Of a stretch of DNA of 64,000 nt, positions 1 to 9,406 are shown piece after piece; position 1 is the first letter of the stretch; each line of letters starts with the position of its first letter. The stretch spans positions 133,404-197,403 of IMG/VR virus record IMGVR_UViG_3300001199_000001; one strand, written 5' to 3'. The notes below the pieces were generated by a model that did no database searches, was not told the DNA's origin, and saw only the letters and a list, made by a program, of their open reading frames with translations. This stretch comes from a virus. Its lineage: Duplodnaviria > Heunggongvirae > Uroviricota > Caudoviricetes. A program made the translations under genes and the position numbers.

Positions 1-1082
1 CCAGCGTCGAGCAGGTCTTGACCTTTCAGGGGGAACAACGGCGCTGCCCGAGCGAAATTCTCCAACTGCTCCAACTCCAAGCTCGTTGCTTCGGCGTCGT
101 CAAGGAAGCCGAGACGTACCCGTTGGATAGTCGCTTCTAGATTTGATCGATTCACTTCAGCCCACACGACACGGCGATCCAGTCTCGAAAACACGAATTC
201 ATCGACCATCAGATCGACAGTCTTGAACCGCATGTCCTTGGACGTTTTCCAACGACGGCAAACGGCATCAGCTTTCTCGACCGACCACAGCCAGACGAGA
301 TTCAGTGGCTCGATATCGATCTTCAGGTCCAGCATTCGCTGGAACCGGCGAGTCAGGTCGGATAGTTCCGGCTCGAACAGAAACAGTTCCTGAAACACGT
401 CATCTACGTACAGGTTCTTTAGCGCCTTGATGACGTGAGGACCGCGCACAAGCTTGACGGTTTCCTTCTCTAGCCGCTCGCCCGACAGATTGCGGATGAG
501 ATCAGCATGCTTAGAGCACGCGTCATGCGCCTCGGCATCACCGTCAAAACCCAGTGTCGACATGAACCGATAAAGGCGTACGATCCGCAGCGCATCCTCA
601 CGAATGCGCATCGAAGCGTCGCCGACAAAGACCAGCTTCTTGTTCAGGATATCATCAACACCACCACCGGTCGGATCATCTACGTCGCCGTTAGGACGTA
701 GGTATAGCGCGTTGCAGCGAAAATCCCGCCGTTCAGCATCTTCGATCCAAGACGTAGTGAAGGCGACGACAGCCCGGCGCCCGTCTGTTTCGACATCGCG
801 GCGAAGCGTCGTGATCTCGTAAGGCTGGTGGTTCCAGATAACAGTGACTGTGCCGTGCTCGATTCCAGTCGGCTCGACTCGAAAGCCAGCTAGTTGAAAG
901 AGACGAGTGACCTGCTCTGGACGGAGAGGTGTAGCGAAGTCGATGTCGGATACTTCCCGCCCGATGATCGCGTCGCGCACACAGCCGCCCACGATCCGCA
1001 CAGAGTCCGGCAGGTGTTGTTCGAACACACTGATGACCTTGGCGACGCCCGGTTCTGATAGGAAGGCAGGCTGGATGTTCAT
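1..1082 (-). CDS. cca: CCA tRNA nucleotidyltransferase / poly(A) polymerase family (3' end runs off the window)
   Basis: Manual translation of the minus strand from the ATG at 1082 gives MNIQPAFLSEPG..VRIVGGCVRDAIIGREVSDIDFAT..GIEHGTV..YEITTLRRD..DAERRDFRCNAL..REDALRIVR, the class II nucleotidyltransferase motifs. It is absent from the ORF track because it has no stop in the window. Confidence 0.93.
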   Translation of the reverse strand, partial: MNIQPAFLSEPGVAKVISVFEQHLPDSVRIVGGCVRDAIIGREVSDIDFATPLRPEQVTRLFQLAGFRVEPTGIEHGTVTVIWNHQPYEITTLRRDVETDGRRAVVAFTTSWIEDAERRDFRCNALYLRPNGDVDDPTGGGVDDILNKKLVFVGDASMRIREDALRIVRLYRFMSTLGFDGDAEAHDACSKHADLIRNLSGERLEKETVKLVRGPHVIKALKNLYVDDVFQELFLFEPELSDLTRRFQRMLDLKIDIEPLNLVWLWSVEKADAVCRRWKTSKDMRFKTVDLMVDEFVFSRLDRRVVWAEVNRSNLEATIQRVRLGFLDDAEATSLELEQLENFARAAPLFPLKGQDLLDA

Positions 1083-1280
1083 GAGCTAAAGTTTACAGCC
1101 AAACGTGTTAGCTGTCAACTCATTTGCACCCATTTCTTGACAATACCAAGAATTGTGGTATGGTTCGCCATTCTCACACAGGGGAATGGCTCGTGAGCAC
1201 ACGACCAAAGCGGTAAGACCGCGCTTCGGCGCGGTGACACGCAGCGTTGAGGCTGGAAACGCCTGTTTTAGGAAATGAAG

Positions 1281-1318
1281 AAGCCCCGGACCTTGCGGTC
1301 CGGGGCTTTGTTCTTTTT
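1281..1318. terminator. Intrinsic terminator hairpin downstream of the XRE gene
   Basis: AAGCCCCGGACC-TTGC-GGTCCGGGGCTT, with T-rich sequence on one side and A-rich on the other. Confidence 0.75.
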
Positions 1319-2045
1319 AGACCGCACCTATCTTGGCGATGACACGTCCTAGGATGGCAATATCCTGCTCGGCGATCTGCCGAGTGCGCTTACCGTCTTT
1401 AGAGGCTAGAAAGTACGGACCATTGCGGGACGGGCGTGAAAGAACGCCGACCTTGGCTTTTGAAGTAGCCTCGACTTCCCCCTTGGCCCTGGTTTTTTCC
1501 TCGAACACGAAATCGTACTCGTTAGGATTGGAGCCGGGCTTGGTATCGAGCTTGACCACAAGCATGTCGTCCATCTCGACACGGTTCGTGGCGTTGGTCG
1601 CTTGCCAGAGGACAACTTCCGACGGTTCGACTTCGTGTTGCTCGTAGAGCCATTCGTCGTCGATGCGCCACTTCTTAACGTGGGAAAAATCACCACGGTC
1701 GTCTAGGGCTACTTGGGGGATAGAGTTATCATCCGACACGCCGTAGGCTATATATTCCGGCGTGGATTGAAGGACGGCTGCGATCTTCTCGATCTTTTTA
1801 ACGTCGTGCGTGACGGCGTCTTGTTCATACATACAATAGCCAGAACGGGACATTCTTTCCTCAGTCCCATCCTTGCGGCGAATGACCACCTTCTCGGCGA
1901 CATCCTCTTGCCGGAGTCCAAGTTCCTTACGACGCTGGGCCATCCGCTGACCCGGAGTCTGTAAGGAATTACTGAGGAGGCGGTGCGAGCGCTGGCGGGG
2001 TTGCTCCCGGCGGCGGTCCTGCACTGCATTGTTCGTACCCAACAT
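1317..2045 (-). CDS. XRE/CI-like helix-turn-helix regulator with a degenerate S24-like C-terminal domain
   Basis: RRKELGLRQEDVAEKV..SRSGYCMYEQD..KIEKIAAVLQSTPEYIAYG; C-terminus IAILGRVI. The true start may be downstream. Confidence 0.8.
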   Translation of the reverse strand: MLGTNNAVQDRRREQPRQRSHRLLSNSLQTPGQRMAQRRKELGLRQEDVAEKVVIRRKDGTEERMSRSGYCMYEQDAVTHDVKKIEKIAAVLQSTPEYIAYGVSDDNSIPQVALDDRGDFSHVKKWRIDDEWLYEQHEVEPSEVVLWQATNATNRVEMDDMLVVKLDTKPGSNPNEYDFVFEEKTRAKGEVEATSKAKVGVLSRPSRNGPYFLASKDGKRTRQIAEQDIAILGRVIAKIGAV

Positions 2046-2247
2046 AATACCTTCCTTCTGTGGCTGCCCTTCGCTTTCGCATCCGGCGTCTGGTTCACAA
2101 ACCCTGATGTTAGCAAAAGGTTGCGAGGCTAGATTTAGCAGCCAGTTGTCAACACATCAAGACCGTTAATGAAAAAGTTCTAGAACGATCTTTTTATCGG
2201 TTGTCAACAAGGTAGGTATGTTTTAGGCGAATCACAAGATGGATTCG

Positions 2248-2892
2248 TTAACAGATATTAACGCCCGTCGAACCGAACCCGCCGCTGCCTCTGATAGTGG
2301 GGGAAAGGGTTTTAGATTCAACAGCATGTACATCCAGATATGAGATGATCGCCAACTGCGCGATGCGATCATTGACACGGATGATAAAGGGAGGCGCATC
2401 GCAAGGTGCGACATATTGTAGCAGAACTTTTATTTCGCCTCGATAATCGCGGTCGATGACACCGCCACGTACTGCAAGGCCCTTTGAGCCTAACGACGAC
2501 CGATCAAGCACCTGTCCGTAATGACCGTAAGGAAGTTCGAGCGCCCATCCGGTAGATATCTTCGCAACCTCGCCCGGCATGATCTTCAACGCCGCTGGGA
2601 TATCGGCGTAAAGATCGAGACCAGCGCAGTCCAGTGATCCGCGTGCGGGCAGGATGGCGGTATCGCTCAGGCGTTTGAACGTGAGCGAGTGGACTGATCG
2701 CCACGTACGCGATTGCTGAAGCAGGTTCTCCAGATCGACATAGTCCTCGCCTAGCTTGGCGATAGGTTGATCGACATCCGGAGAGACCTGAACCTTGGCA
2801 TCAAACCCCCGATCCACCAGTAGTGACACCAGTTCTTGGATTGCGGGCCGAAAATCAGTGTGGTCCGGCAGATATATAACGGCGGTTGGCAT
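2248..2892 (-). CDS. dut: Trimeric dUTPase with ~70-aa N-terminal extension
   Basis: AGLDL, DRSS, GVIDRDYRGEI, RIAQL and RGSGGFGSTG motifs. Confidence 0.95.
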   Translation of the reverse strand: MPTAVIYLPDHTDFRPAIQELVSLLVDRGFDAKVQVSPDVDQPIAKLGEDYVDLENLLQQSRTWRSVHSLTFKRLSDTAILPARGSLDCAGLDLYADIPAALKIMPGEVAKISTGWALELPYGHYGQVLDRSSLGSKGLAVRGGVIDRDYRGEIKVLLQYVAPCDAPPFIIRVNDRIAQLAIISYLDVHAVESKTLSPTIRGSGGFGSTGVNIC

Positions 2893-3143
2893 TATTTTTC
2901 GTTCTGAGCCAGATCACGGAACAGGTTGTCATACCCGCCGATAAACCGGTTGGGTTTACCGTGACTATCGAGTTCGAAAATCACCGGGAACGACCGCCAG
3001 CCGTTGCCGAGCTTGGACAGAAATTCGCGGCGCTCTTCCTGAAGTTCCATATGGACCTCGGTGAAACCGATGTTCTTTGTGGTCAACAGGGTTTTGGCCT
3101 TCGTGCAATAGGGGCAGCCGGGCATAGTATAGATGCGGTACAT
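2892..3143 (-). CDS. Glutaredoxin
   Basis: CPYC, SFPVIF and FIGGYD motifs; adjacent to nrdAB. Confidence 0.93.
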   Translation of the reverse strand: MYRIYTMPGCPYCTKAKTLLTTKNIGFTEVHMELQEERREFLSKLGNGWRSFPVIFELDSHGKPNRFIGGYDNLFRDLAQNEK

Positions 3144-4150
3144 CAGGACACCTCGGTGGGTTCGGGGGTAAGTTTATTATGACTCGATAGGAAGTTGAAT
3201 GCCGTGTCCCACCCTTCGACGCCGCCCTTGCCGTACTCGGTCGCGCGTTGTTCGAAGAAGTTCGTGTGGGTCGGGAGGTTCATGATTTCGTCGAGCCACG
3301 AGAACGGGTTCGTCTTCTGCCCATAGTTGGGCTTCAACCCAAGCTGGAGAAGGCGCCGGTCAGCGATGTAACGGATGTAGGTCTTCGTTTCCGTCGCTGT
3401 AACGCCTTCGACTTCGCCCAGAGCGAACGCTTGGTCGATAAACGCGTCTTCGAGTTCGACCATGGTGCGGCAAGCGTCGTAAACGCGCTTCTTGTTCTCG
3501 TCCGTCCACGCACGCGGGTGCTCGGTGACAAGGTCATGGAAGAGGTGGACCATGCTTTCGACGTGATGCGACTCGTCACGGATCGACCATTCAATCGCCG
3601 TCGTCATCCCCTTCATCAGGCCGCGACGCTGGAAATTCATCAGCAGGGCGAACGACGAAAATAGCTGCATGCCCTCACCGAATGCGGAGAAGACGGCGAT
3701 ATCCACCAGCAGGTCGCCAATCGATGAGCCGATATCGCGCTCAAACATGTACTCGTGTTTGTCGCGCATCGCCTTGTAGTCCATGAAGGCTTTATACTCG
3801 CCTTCGGAGATGCCGAGCGTATCCATCAGCAGTGAGTAGGCATGAATGTGATTAGCCTCGGCGTTACCAAAGCACATCAGCATCATCCTAACTTCTGGCT
3901 GCGGGAACCGCTTCAGGTAGCGTTCGGCGTATCCACGCGCCACGTCCACATCGGCCTGAGTGAAGAAACGGAACAACTGCGTGAGAAGAGCCTTCTCGCT
4001 ATCCATCAGCCGGTTGTTCCAGTCCTTGATGTCCTCGGCCATGGGAATTTCCTCAGGATGCCAGTCAAGCTTACGCATCTTGAGGTAGGCCTTGAACGCC
4101 CACGGATAGTTCATTGGCTTGTAGTAGTCGCGTTGGTCGAGGAGGGACAT
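3143..4150 (-). CDS. nrdB: Ribonucleotide reductase class Ia beta subunit
   Basis: FFTQADVDV, EANHIHAY, EGMQLFSSF, IRDESHH and NFFEQRATEY di-iron motifs. Confidence 0.96.
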   Translation of the reverse strand: MSLLDQRDYYKPMNYPWAFKAYLKMRKLDWHPEEIPMAEDIKDWNNRLMDSEKALLTQLFRFFTQADVDVARGYAERYLKRFPQPEVRMMLMCFGNAEANHIHAYSLLMDTLGISEGEYKAFMDYKAMRDKHEYMFERDIGSSIGDLLVDIAVFSAFGEGMQLFSSFALLMNFQRRGLMKGMTTAIEWSIRDESHHVESMVHLFHDLVTEHPRAWTDENKKRVYDACRTMVELEDAFIDQAFALGEVEGVTATETKTYIRYIADRRLLQLGLKPNYGQKTNPFSWLDEIMNLPTHTNFFEQRATEYGKGGVEGWDTAFNFLSSHNKLTPEPTEVS

Positions 4151-4182
4151 TCGTTTACCTATTTATTTTATTATGACTCGAA

Positions 4183-6921
4183 CTAGCCCTCGCAGGCGAT
4201 GCAAGCGGACTCTTCCATAACCGGAGGGCCGCCCATCGCCAGCGCAGCGAGGTCTTCCAACGTCTCTTCAACAGCGTCAGTCATCTTTATACGTTCGACC
4301 TTGGTGTTGGTGTTTTCAGCACGATTCGGTGTGGTTGAACGTAGATAATAAAGTGACTTGAGGCCCATCCGCCATGCGTCAAAATGGACTTCTGACAGAT
4401 AACCGGCGTCGGCGTCGAACGGGAAGAAGAGGTTGGTCGACTGTGCTTGATCGATATCCGGCTGGCGGTCGGCGGCATGGATGATCACCCAACGCTGATC
4501 GACCTCGATAGCCGTCTTGAAGACAGCCTTGTCGATGTCGCTCAGGCATTCAAGATGCTGGACCGATCCTTCGTTCGCGGCGATGGATTTCCAGACTTCA
4601 TCCGTATCTTGCCCGATAGAGGCCAGCATCGCCTTAAGATAGCGGTTACGCACCGGGAACGAGCCGGACAACGTCTTATGTAGGAAGAACATCGCCCGTC
4701 CGAGTTCGCACGCCGGATCGACACCGCCGCAGAGGATTGACGAAGAGGCGTTCGGCGCAATCGCCCTACGGTGAGCAAACCGGTGACCGGTCCCGATCAT
4801 ATCGGGAGCTTCCCCACGCGCGGCGCCGAGTTTCAGCGACGCTTCATCGCTCTTCTGACGGACGTGGGTAAAGATGGCCTTGTTGATCAAGCGGGCGGCA
4901 TCGCTTTCGTAGGCGATGCGGTGCTGTTGCAGATAGGATGTGAAGCCCATCAGGCCGAGACCGACCGACCGTTCCATGGTCGCCGAATAGACTGCGTTGG
5001 CGATCTGCTCAGGAGCCTTCCTGATGAAAACGTCGAGGCAGTTGTCCAGCATGCGCATCAGGTCTTCGATGAACATCGGATGATCACGCCATTCATCGTA
5101 TTTATCGGCGTTCAGTGACGACAGGCAGCAGACAGCGGTGCGCTTGCGGCCTTGATCATCGCGGCCGGTCGGCAGGGTGATCTCAGTGCAGTTGCCGGTT
5201 TGTACGCCGTTGAAGACAAGGCGGTTACGCTTTGGTTCCGTCGCGCAGAAGGTATCTGCTCGGTAGGGCAGCGGGTGAACGTCGACAACAATCTGACTAC
5301 GCCCGACGAGATCGTCTAGCGGCTTGGCTTCATGCCGCAGGAGGAGTCCTTCACTGATCAAGACGCTGACATCACGAGCGTTCAACATGAACGCGTTCAT
5401 GGTGTCGGTCATGCGTACGCGAGGACGGAAGCCTAGCTCCAGGGCCGCCAGTCTCATCTCACGGATAGTCTGCTCATCGGTCGATCCCAATGACAGCCAC
5501 CAGACGCCGTCCACGTCGATCCAGTCAGCGACGGCGTCCAAGGCCCCAGCAAACCAAGCACGGCGGCTAGCAGCCTTCCAGCGCAGCGGCGTGTACCCGC
5601 TATTGATGGTCTTAGGCTCGTACCTAACGATGGTTCCAAATTCGTCCGTGGCCATATCCACCGACGGCGTCAGTAAGCGTTTAGTGACTCGATCATTATA
5701 GGTGTTCGGGACGAAAACGGCCAAGCGGTTGTTATCTTCGAAGCCGCCGAACGTCGCATATCCCGCGACGTAAGCTTCTTCCTTTTTGACCTTAAGGTCG
5801 GTCTTCAGTTCAATCTCAGGATGGCGGAAGTATTGCAGTTCTTCGCCGTTCTTCAGATTGGCGGCCCGTGTCTCACGCCCCATAACGTCATAAAATTTAT
5901 GGTACGGGGTACAGTCTATAAAGCCGCCGTCGTCGAACCACACGCGGATAACTTCTTGCTGCTCGCCGGTCTTGACTACATCGACCTGCGAATATTCCTC
6001 ACCGTTCCAAACACTGACTGACGTACCTTCCAGGCCTTCAATCGGCATATAACCTTTGTCGGTCAGCAGTTCGGTGGAGCCGACGACACAGAGGTTGGAT
6101 TGGCGGACCTTCAGGCCCTTGGCCTTCTGCGTGGCGGGCAGGTGTCGGTTTGAGGTGTCGACGAAGTGGAAGTAGGGCTCGCCAGTTTGCATCCGCGTTT
6201 CGATCAGCAGACGCCACAGGTTGCGCGCCTTGACGACCTTCTTAACGACTTGGCTGTGCGGGTCGACGAGATTGAAGTCCGTGTCATCGCGGACTGCTTC
6301 CATAAATTCGTCAGTGATGTTGACAGCGTTGTGGAGATTAAGAGCCTTGCGATTCTCGTCGCCGCCGGTCGATTTCCGGAGCGTGATGAATTCTTCGATC
6401 TCAGGGTGATTGATATCGAGATAGGCTGCTTCTGATCCTCTGCGAGTCCCGCCCTGTGACACGCTCAGGATGATACGATCCTCAGCCGCGATGAAAGGAA
6501 TAACCCCGGTAGATGCCGAGCCCTTCGAGGTCTTTTCACCTTGCGAGCGAAGATCGCCCCAATAGGAACCGACGCCGCCGCCAAGCGACGAAAGCCAACC
6601 CACTTCCGCCCAGTGGTCGAAAATGCCTTGGCGACTGTCTTCCACGGGAAGGAGGAAGCAGGAGATCGGCAGACCACGGTCGGTCCCACCATTCGACAAC
6701 AGCGGCGTCGCAAACATGAACCAAAGGTTCGAGACATAGTCATAAAGGCGTTGAGCATGGGCCTCATCATCCGCGAAAGCGGCTGATGCTCGGGCGAAGG
6801 CGTCCTGCGGCGAGTTCTCGCCGGGGATCAGGTAGCGCTCCTTCAATGTCTGTAATGCGAAGTCGGTAAGGTTGTTGTCACGAGCATAGTCAATTTTGAT
6901 TGTCGAAGGAGATACAGCCAT
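4183..6921 (-). CDS. nrdA: Ribonucleotide reductase class Ia alpha subunit with intein
   Basis: ATPLLSN, PISCF, QGGTRRGS, QSNL|C..|CTEI, AVCCLSS, IAPNASSS, KSLYY and C-terminal CIACEG. Confidence 0.96.
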   Translation of the reverse strand: MAVSPSTIKIDYARDNNLTDFALQTLKERYLIPGENSPQDAFARASAAFADDEAHAQRLYDYVSNLWFMFATPLLSNGGTDRGLPISCFLLPVEDSRQGIFDHWAEVGWLSSLGGGVGSYWGDLRSQGEKTSKGSASTGVIPFIAAEDRIILSVSQGGTRRGSEAAYLDINHPEIEEFITLRKSTGGDENRKALNLHNAVNITDEFMEAVRDDTDFNLVDPHSQVVKKVVKARNLWRLLIETRMQTGEPYFHFVDTSNRHLPATQKAKGLKVRQSNLCVVGSTELLTDKGYMPIEGLEGTSVSVWNGEEYSQVDVVKTGEQQEVIRVWFDDGGFIDCTPYHKFYDVMGRETRAANLKNGEELQYFRHPEIELKTDLKVKKEEAYVAGYATFGGFEDNNRLAVFVPNTYNDRVTKRLLTPSVDMATDEFGTIVRYEPKTINSGYTPLRWKAASRRAWFAGALDAVADWIDVDGVWWLSLGSTDEQTIREMRLAALELGFRPRVRMTDTMNAFMLNARDVSVLISEGLLLRHEAKPLDDLVGRSQIVVDVHPLPYRADTFCATEPKRNRLVFNGVQTGNCTEITLPTGRDDQGRKRTAVCCLSSLNADKYDEWRDHPMFIEDLMRMLDNCLDVFIRKAPEQIANAVYSATMERSVGLGLMGFTSYLQQHRIAYESDAARLINKAIFTHVRQKSDEASLKLGAARGEAPDMIGTGHRFAHRRAIAPNASSSILCGGVDPACELGRAMFFLHKTLSGSFPVRNRYLKAMLASIGQDTDEVWKSIAANEGSVQHLECLSDIDKAVFKTAIEVDQRWVIIHAADRQPDIDQAQSTNLFFPFDADAGYLSEVHFDAWRMGLKSLYYLRSTTPNRAENTNTKVERIKMTDAVEETLEDLAALAMGGPPVMEESACIACEG
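5191..6090 (-). mobile_element. 300-aa intein in NrdA at the NLC catalytic-cysteine site
   Basis: Starts CVVGSTELLTDKG, has block B CTPYHKF, ends LVFNGVQTGN followed by extein Cys (CTEI); degenerate LAGLIDADG-like segment WFAGALDAV. Confidence 0.92.
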
Positions 6922-7003
6922 GATGCGCCCGAACAAAAAGCCCTGAGAATTCAGGGCCTTACAAGATTTTTACGAAGAGTCGACGATATCCAAAAAGGGC
7001 TTC

Positions 7004-7024
7004 CGTGTCAAGGATTCTGACACG
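7004..7024. promoter_or_regulatory. Operator-like palindrome CGTGTCA-N7-TGACACG upstream of nrdA
   Basis: Perfect 7-bp arms; the same motif recurs at 14143, 21619, 34183, 41757 and 44452. Confidence 0.7.
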
Positions 7025-7341
7025 AATTTTCCGCCAGATTGACATCTATCTGTTGTGAATGACGAACCCCAGCACACAAGTAGTTGTTTTTACAAAGTCT
7101 TTACGGGAATAGAATTCGTCATGTCAACAGGGTAAAAATAGAGTATCAATCCTCAGGATACTTCATCCCGGCTGCCTCGAATACTTTCTTTGTATTACAG
7201 AGGCGTCCATCGAGTACAAAGCCGTCGCGAGTTTCCTTGATACGCGATCCTAGGCGTTCAAGAGCCCGTTCGAGATCGGTCAGACCATCACCCATAGGAA
7301 TGACGATGTAACCCTTCTCGCGCGGTAGTCGGTGGGAAAGT

Positions 7342-7656
7342 TTAGGATGGGTCGTCTTCGTTCGTTTGACGGACATTGTAAATCTGTACTCCGATGGCGT
7401 CGTTGAATGCTTGCGCGGCTGTTCGGGGGTCTGGCCCGTTCCTGAGGAGTTCATAAGCGGCGTGAACCCGTTGGATGGCCTCATCCACAGACACGTCGGC
7501 AGACACCGCGAGGTTGGTCAGGGCCAGGGCGAGGATGTCGATCTGAGGGACGAAGGTCTGTTGCGACGGATCGTGCGATAGACGGAGGTCGATTGAGAAT
7601 CGGCCCTCGGTGTCTTCAGACAGCAGGATCGCCGCTCGTTTAGGAGTTGAGGACAT
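7342..7656 (-). CDS. Hypothetical protein
   Basis: Co-oriented and overlapping its neighbours in an operon-like run. Confidence 0.6.
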   Translation of the reverse strand: MSSTPKRAAILLSEDTEGRFSIDLRLSHDPSQQTFVPQIDILALALTNLAVSADVSVDEAIQRVHAAYELLRNGPDPRTAAQAFNDAIGVQIYNVRQTNEDDPS

Positions 7657-7933
7657 TTACTTTTCCTTGCATTAAAAATTCGATGCGGCGGACGACCTCA
7701 GCTTCACTGGGAAGTTCGCCTTCAGTCAGCCTGTCGACTTCATTGTCGATGAGACCCATCTGCTCGACGGTCATCAGCGCCAGTCCGTAAATCAGGGCGA
7801 GAGGAGCCGGGGCGTCTTCATCCGGCTCATGTGGAACGAAGACCCTCATGTCAGCTTCGGACGGTTCTCCGTTCGTAGCGACGTAGGCCAGTGTGAACAG
7901 CGGCTGCTCGTTAGTATAAGATGACTCGGTCAT
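7640..7933 (-). CDS. Hypothetical protein (start MTESSY)
   Basis: ATG overlaps the thyX stop; acidic, protein-like composition. Confidence 0.65.
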   Translation of the reverse strand: MTESSYTNEQPLFTLAYVATNGEPSEADMRVFVPHEPDEDAPAPLALIYGLALMTVEQMGLIDNEVDRLTEGELPSEAEVVRRIEFLMQGKVNVLNS

Positions 7934-8841
7934 TACAGGCACTCGTAAGGAATGAATTTGCGGAATTGCTGCCAGTCGCCGTCGAAGTTGCCGTTGAAGT
8001 AGAATTCCATGTCGTCGCCGATACGAGCTTGGTGCTCTAGCGGCGAGGCATGCATCGGCGTCGAACCGGCGAGGAGTACGAAGCGGTTGATGTCCTCTTC
8101 GAGGGTCGAGGGCGTGCCGTCGTGCTTGGCATACGAGACCCGGCAACAGCGCGCGGCCGAGATACAAACTAGCAGACGGGTGACGTTGTTGACGGTGGCT
8201 AGTTCGTCTGACGTGAAGGCGAATTCCACCCGACGGAGTAGATCAATCGCTGAACCGTCCACGAATGCGGAGCCGACGACGCCGTACGTCTCGTCATCGA
8301 CGTAAGGCAGGTGCCAATGTCCGGGAGCCAGGAGCTTCGGTTCGACTTCGCTACGCGCCTTTTTGATAGCGCGGGCGAGATCGATGATCTCTGGTTGGGC
8401 GGCCTCGTGGTCGCGTAGGCCGTCCCAGTTCGACCATTCCGTGGAGGACACGACCACGTCGATGTAGCCGAACCACTCCAGCGGGCGACCGCCGTGCTGC
8501 TTATGGACGCCGAGCTTGGCAAGTTCCGCACAGCCGTCGGCGCAAGCCTGAGCCATACGACGCCAGACTGCCTCGGCTTCAGTCGCCTTTTCCGGGTCGA
8601 GGAGACCGTCGGCCTGCATACCCGGCTTGTTCTTGGTGAATTCCGGAACGAAGATTTCGTCGCGAGCCAGGAAGGAGTTGATCGGGATCGCGCGGGTCGA
8701 TGAAGCATTTCGCGAGAACTGCCGGTGAGTCATGAACTCGGCGTGGATGATCCGGGGATAGCGAAGCTGTAATGTATCGAGGCGAATGCCTTGCGGAGAC
8801 TCGGACGATGCAATGACCTTGGCGGTGATGTCAGTACGCAC
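7933..8841 (-). CDS. thyX: Flavin-dependent thymidylate synthase
   Basis: AEFMTHRQFSRNASSTRAIP, LRDHEAAQPEI, SAARCCRVSY and HASPLEH; probable GTG start at 8841. Confidence 0.92.
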   Translation of the reverse strand: MRTDITAKVIASSESPQGIRLDTLQLRYPRIIHAEFMTHRQFSRNASSTRAIPINSFLARDEIFVPEFTKNKPGMQADGLLDPEKATEAEAVWRRMAQACADGCAELAKLGVHKQHGGRPLEWFGYIDVVVSSTEWSNWDGLRDHEAAQPEIIDLARAIKKARSEVEPKLLAPGHWHLPYVDDETYGVVGSAFVDGSAIDLLRRVEFAFTSDELATVNNVTRLLVCISAARCCRVSYAKHDGTPSTLEEDINRFVLLAGSTPMHASPLEHQARIGDDMEFYFNGNFDGDWQQFRKFIPYECL

Positions 8842-9385
8842 GCTGCACCCCCACGATATCGATGATGGCGTCTTGCAGCTTTTGCATCGAATTTTTCCGG
8901 GGATCGTTCTCGACACGCCAGTTCGGCACGATGTCATCGACGCCAAGTTCAGAAGCGTGCTGCGAGGCGGCGTCTGTCTGACGAAGCTGCGGGTTGTCGA
9001 TCCGGATGATCTGACCACCCATCTTGCGGATGGCGAGGGCTTCGTTCGGGAACCGGCAATCAGAACATACGACGTGGCTGAATTGACTCGCCCGGCGCTT
9101 GAAAGCCTCGATCCACGTGTCCTGATGAATCCCCTCGCGGAAGAGTTCCGTGCCGATTTTCTGGAGGAGTTCGCGCGGGCTCAAGAACGGGAAGTAGTCG
9201 AGCTTCACTTCCTTCAAGACGGGGTCGTTCATGACCGATAGCGGGACGCCGTACACAACGTTGACGACCTCACGCAGGGGGTCGGCGAAGTTGATGTGCT
9301 GGAAGCCGACCTGCTCTAGGCCTGCGGCTGCCGTGGTTTTGCCAGAGCCCCGCTTTCCGGTGATGCCGATGATGAACTCTGGCAT
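8831..9385 (-). CDS. Deoxynucleoside monophosphate kinase
   Basis: GITGKRGSGKT P-loop, FADPLRE, PRELLQKIGTE, SDCRFPNE and HASE. Confidence 0.92.
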   Translation of the reverse strand: MPEFIIGITGKRGSGKTTAAAGLEQVGFQHINFADPLREVVNVVYGVPLSVMNDPVLKEVKLDYFPFLSPRELLQKIGTELFREGIHQDTWIEAFKRRASQFSHVVCSDCRFPNEALAIRKMGGQIIRIDNPQLRQTDAASQHASELGVDDIVPNWRVENDPRKNSMQKLQDAIIDIVGVQRAY

Positions 9386-9406
9386 GGTTTACTCCACTTA
9401 AAATGA

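Noticed and set aside
8842-9018. N-terminal extension of ThyX in the ORF track (also NadE 51445-51615 and the exonuclease 12974-13039)
   Set aside because: The extensions overlap upstream genes or lack similarity; recognisable sequence begins at the downstream starts
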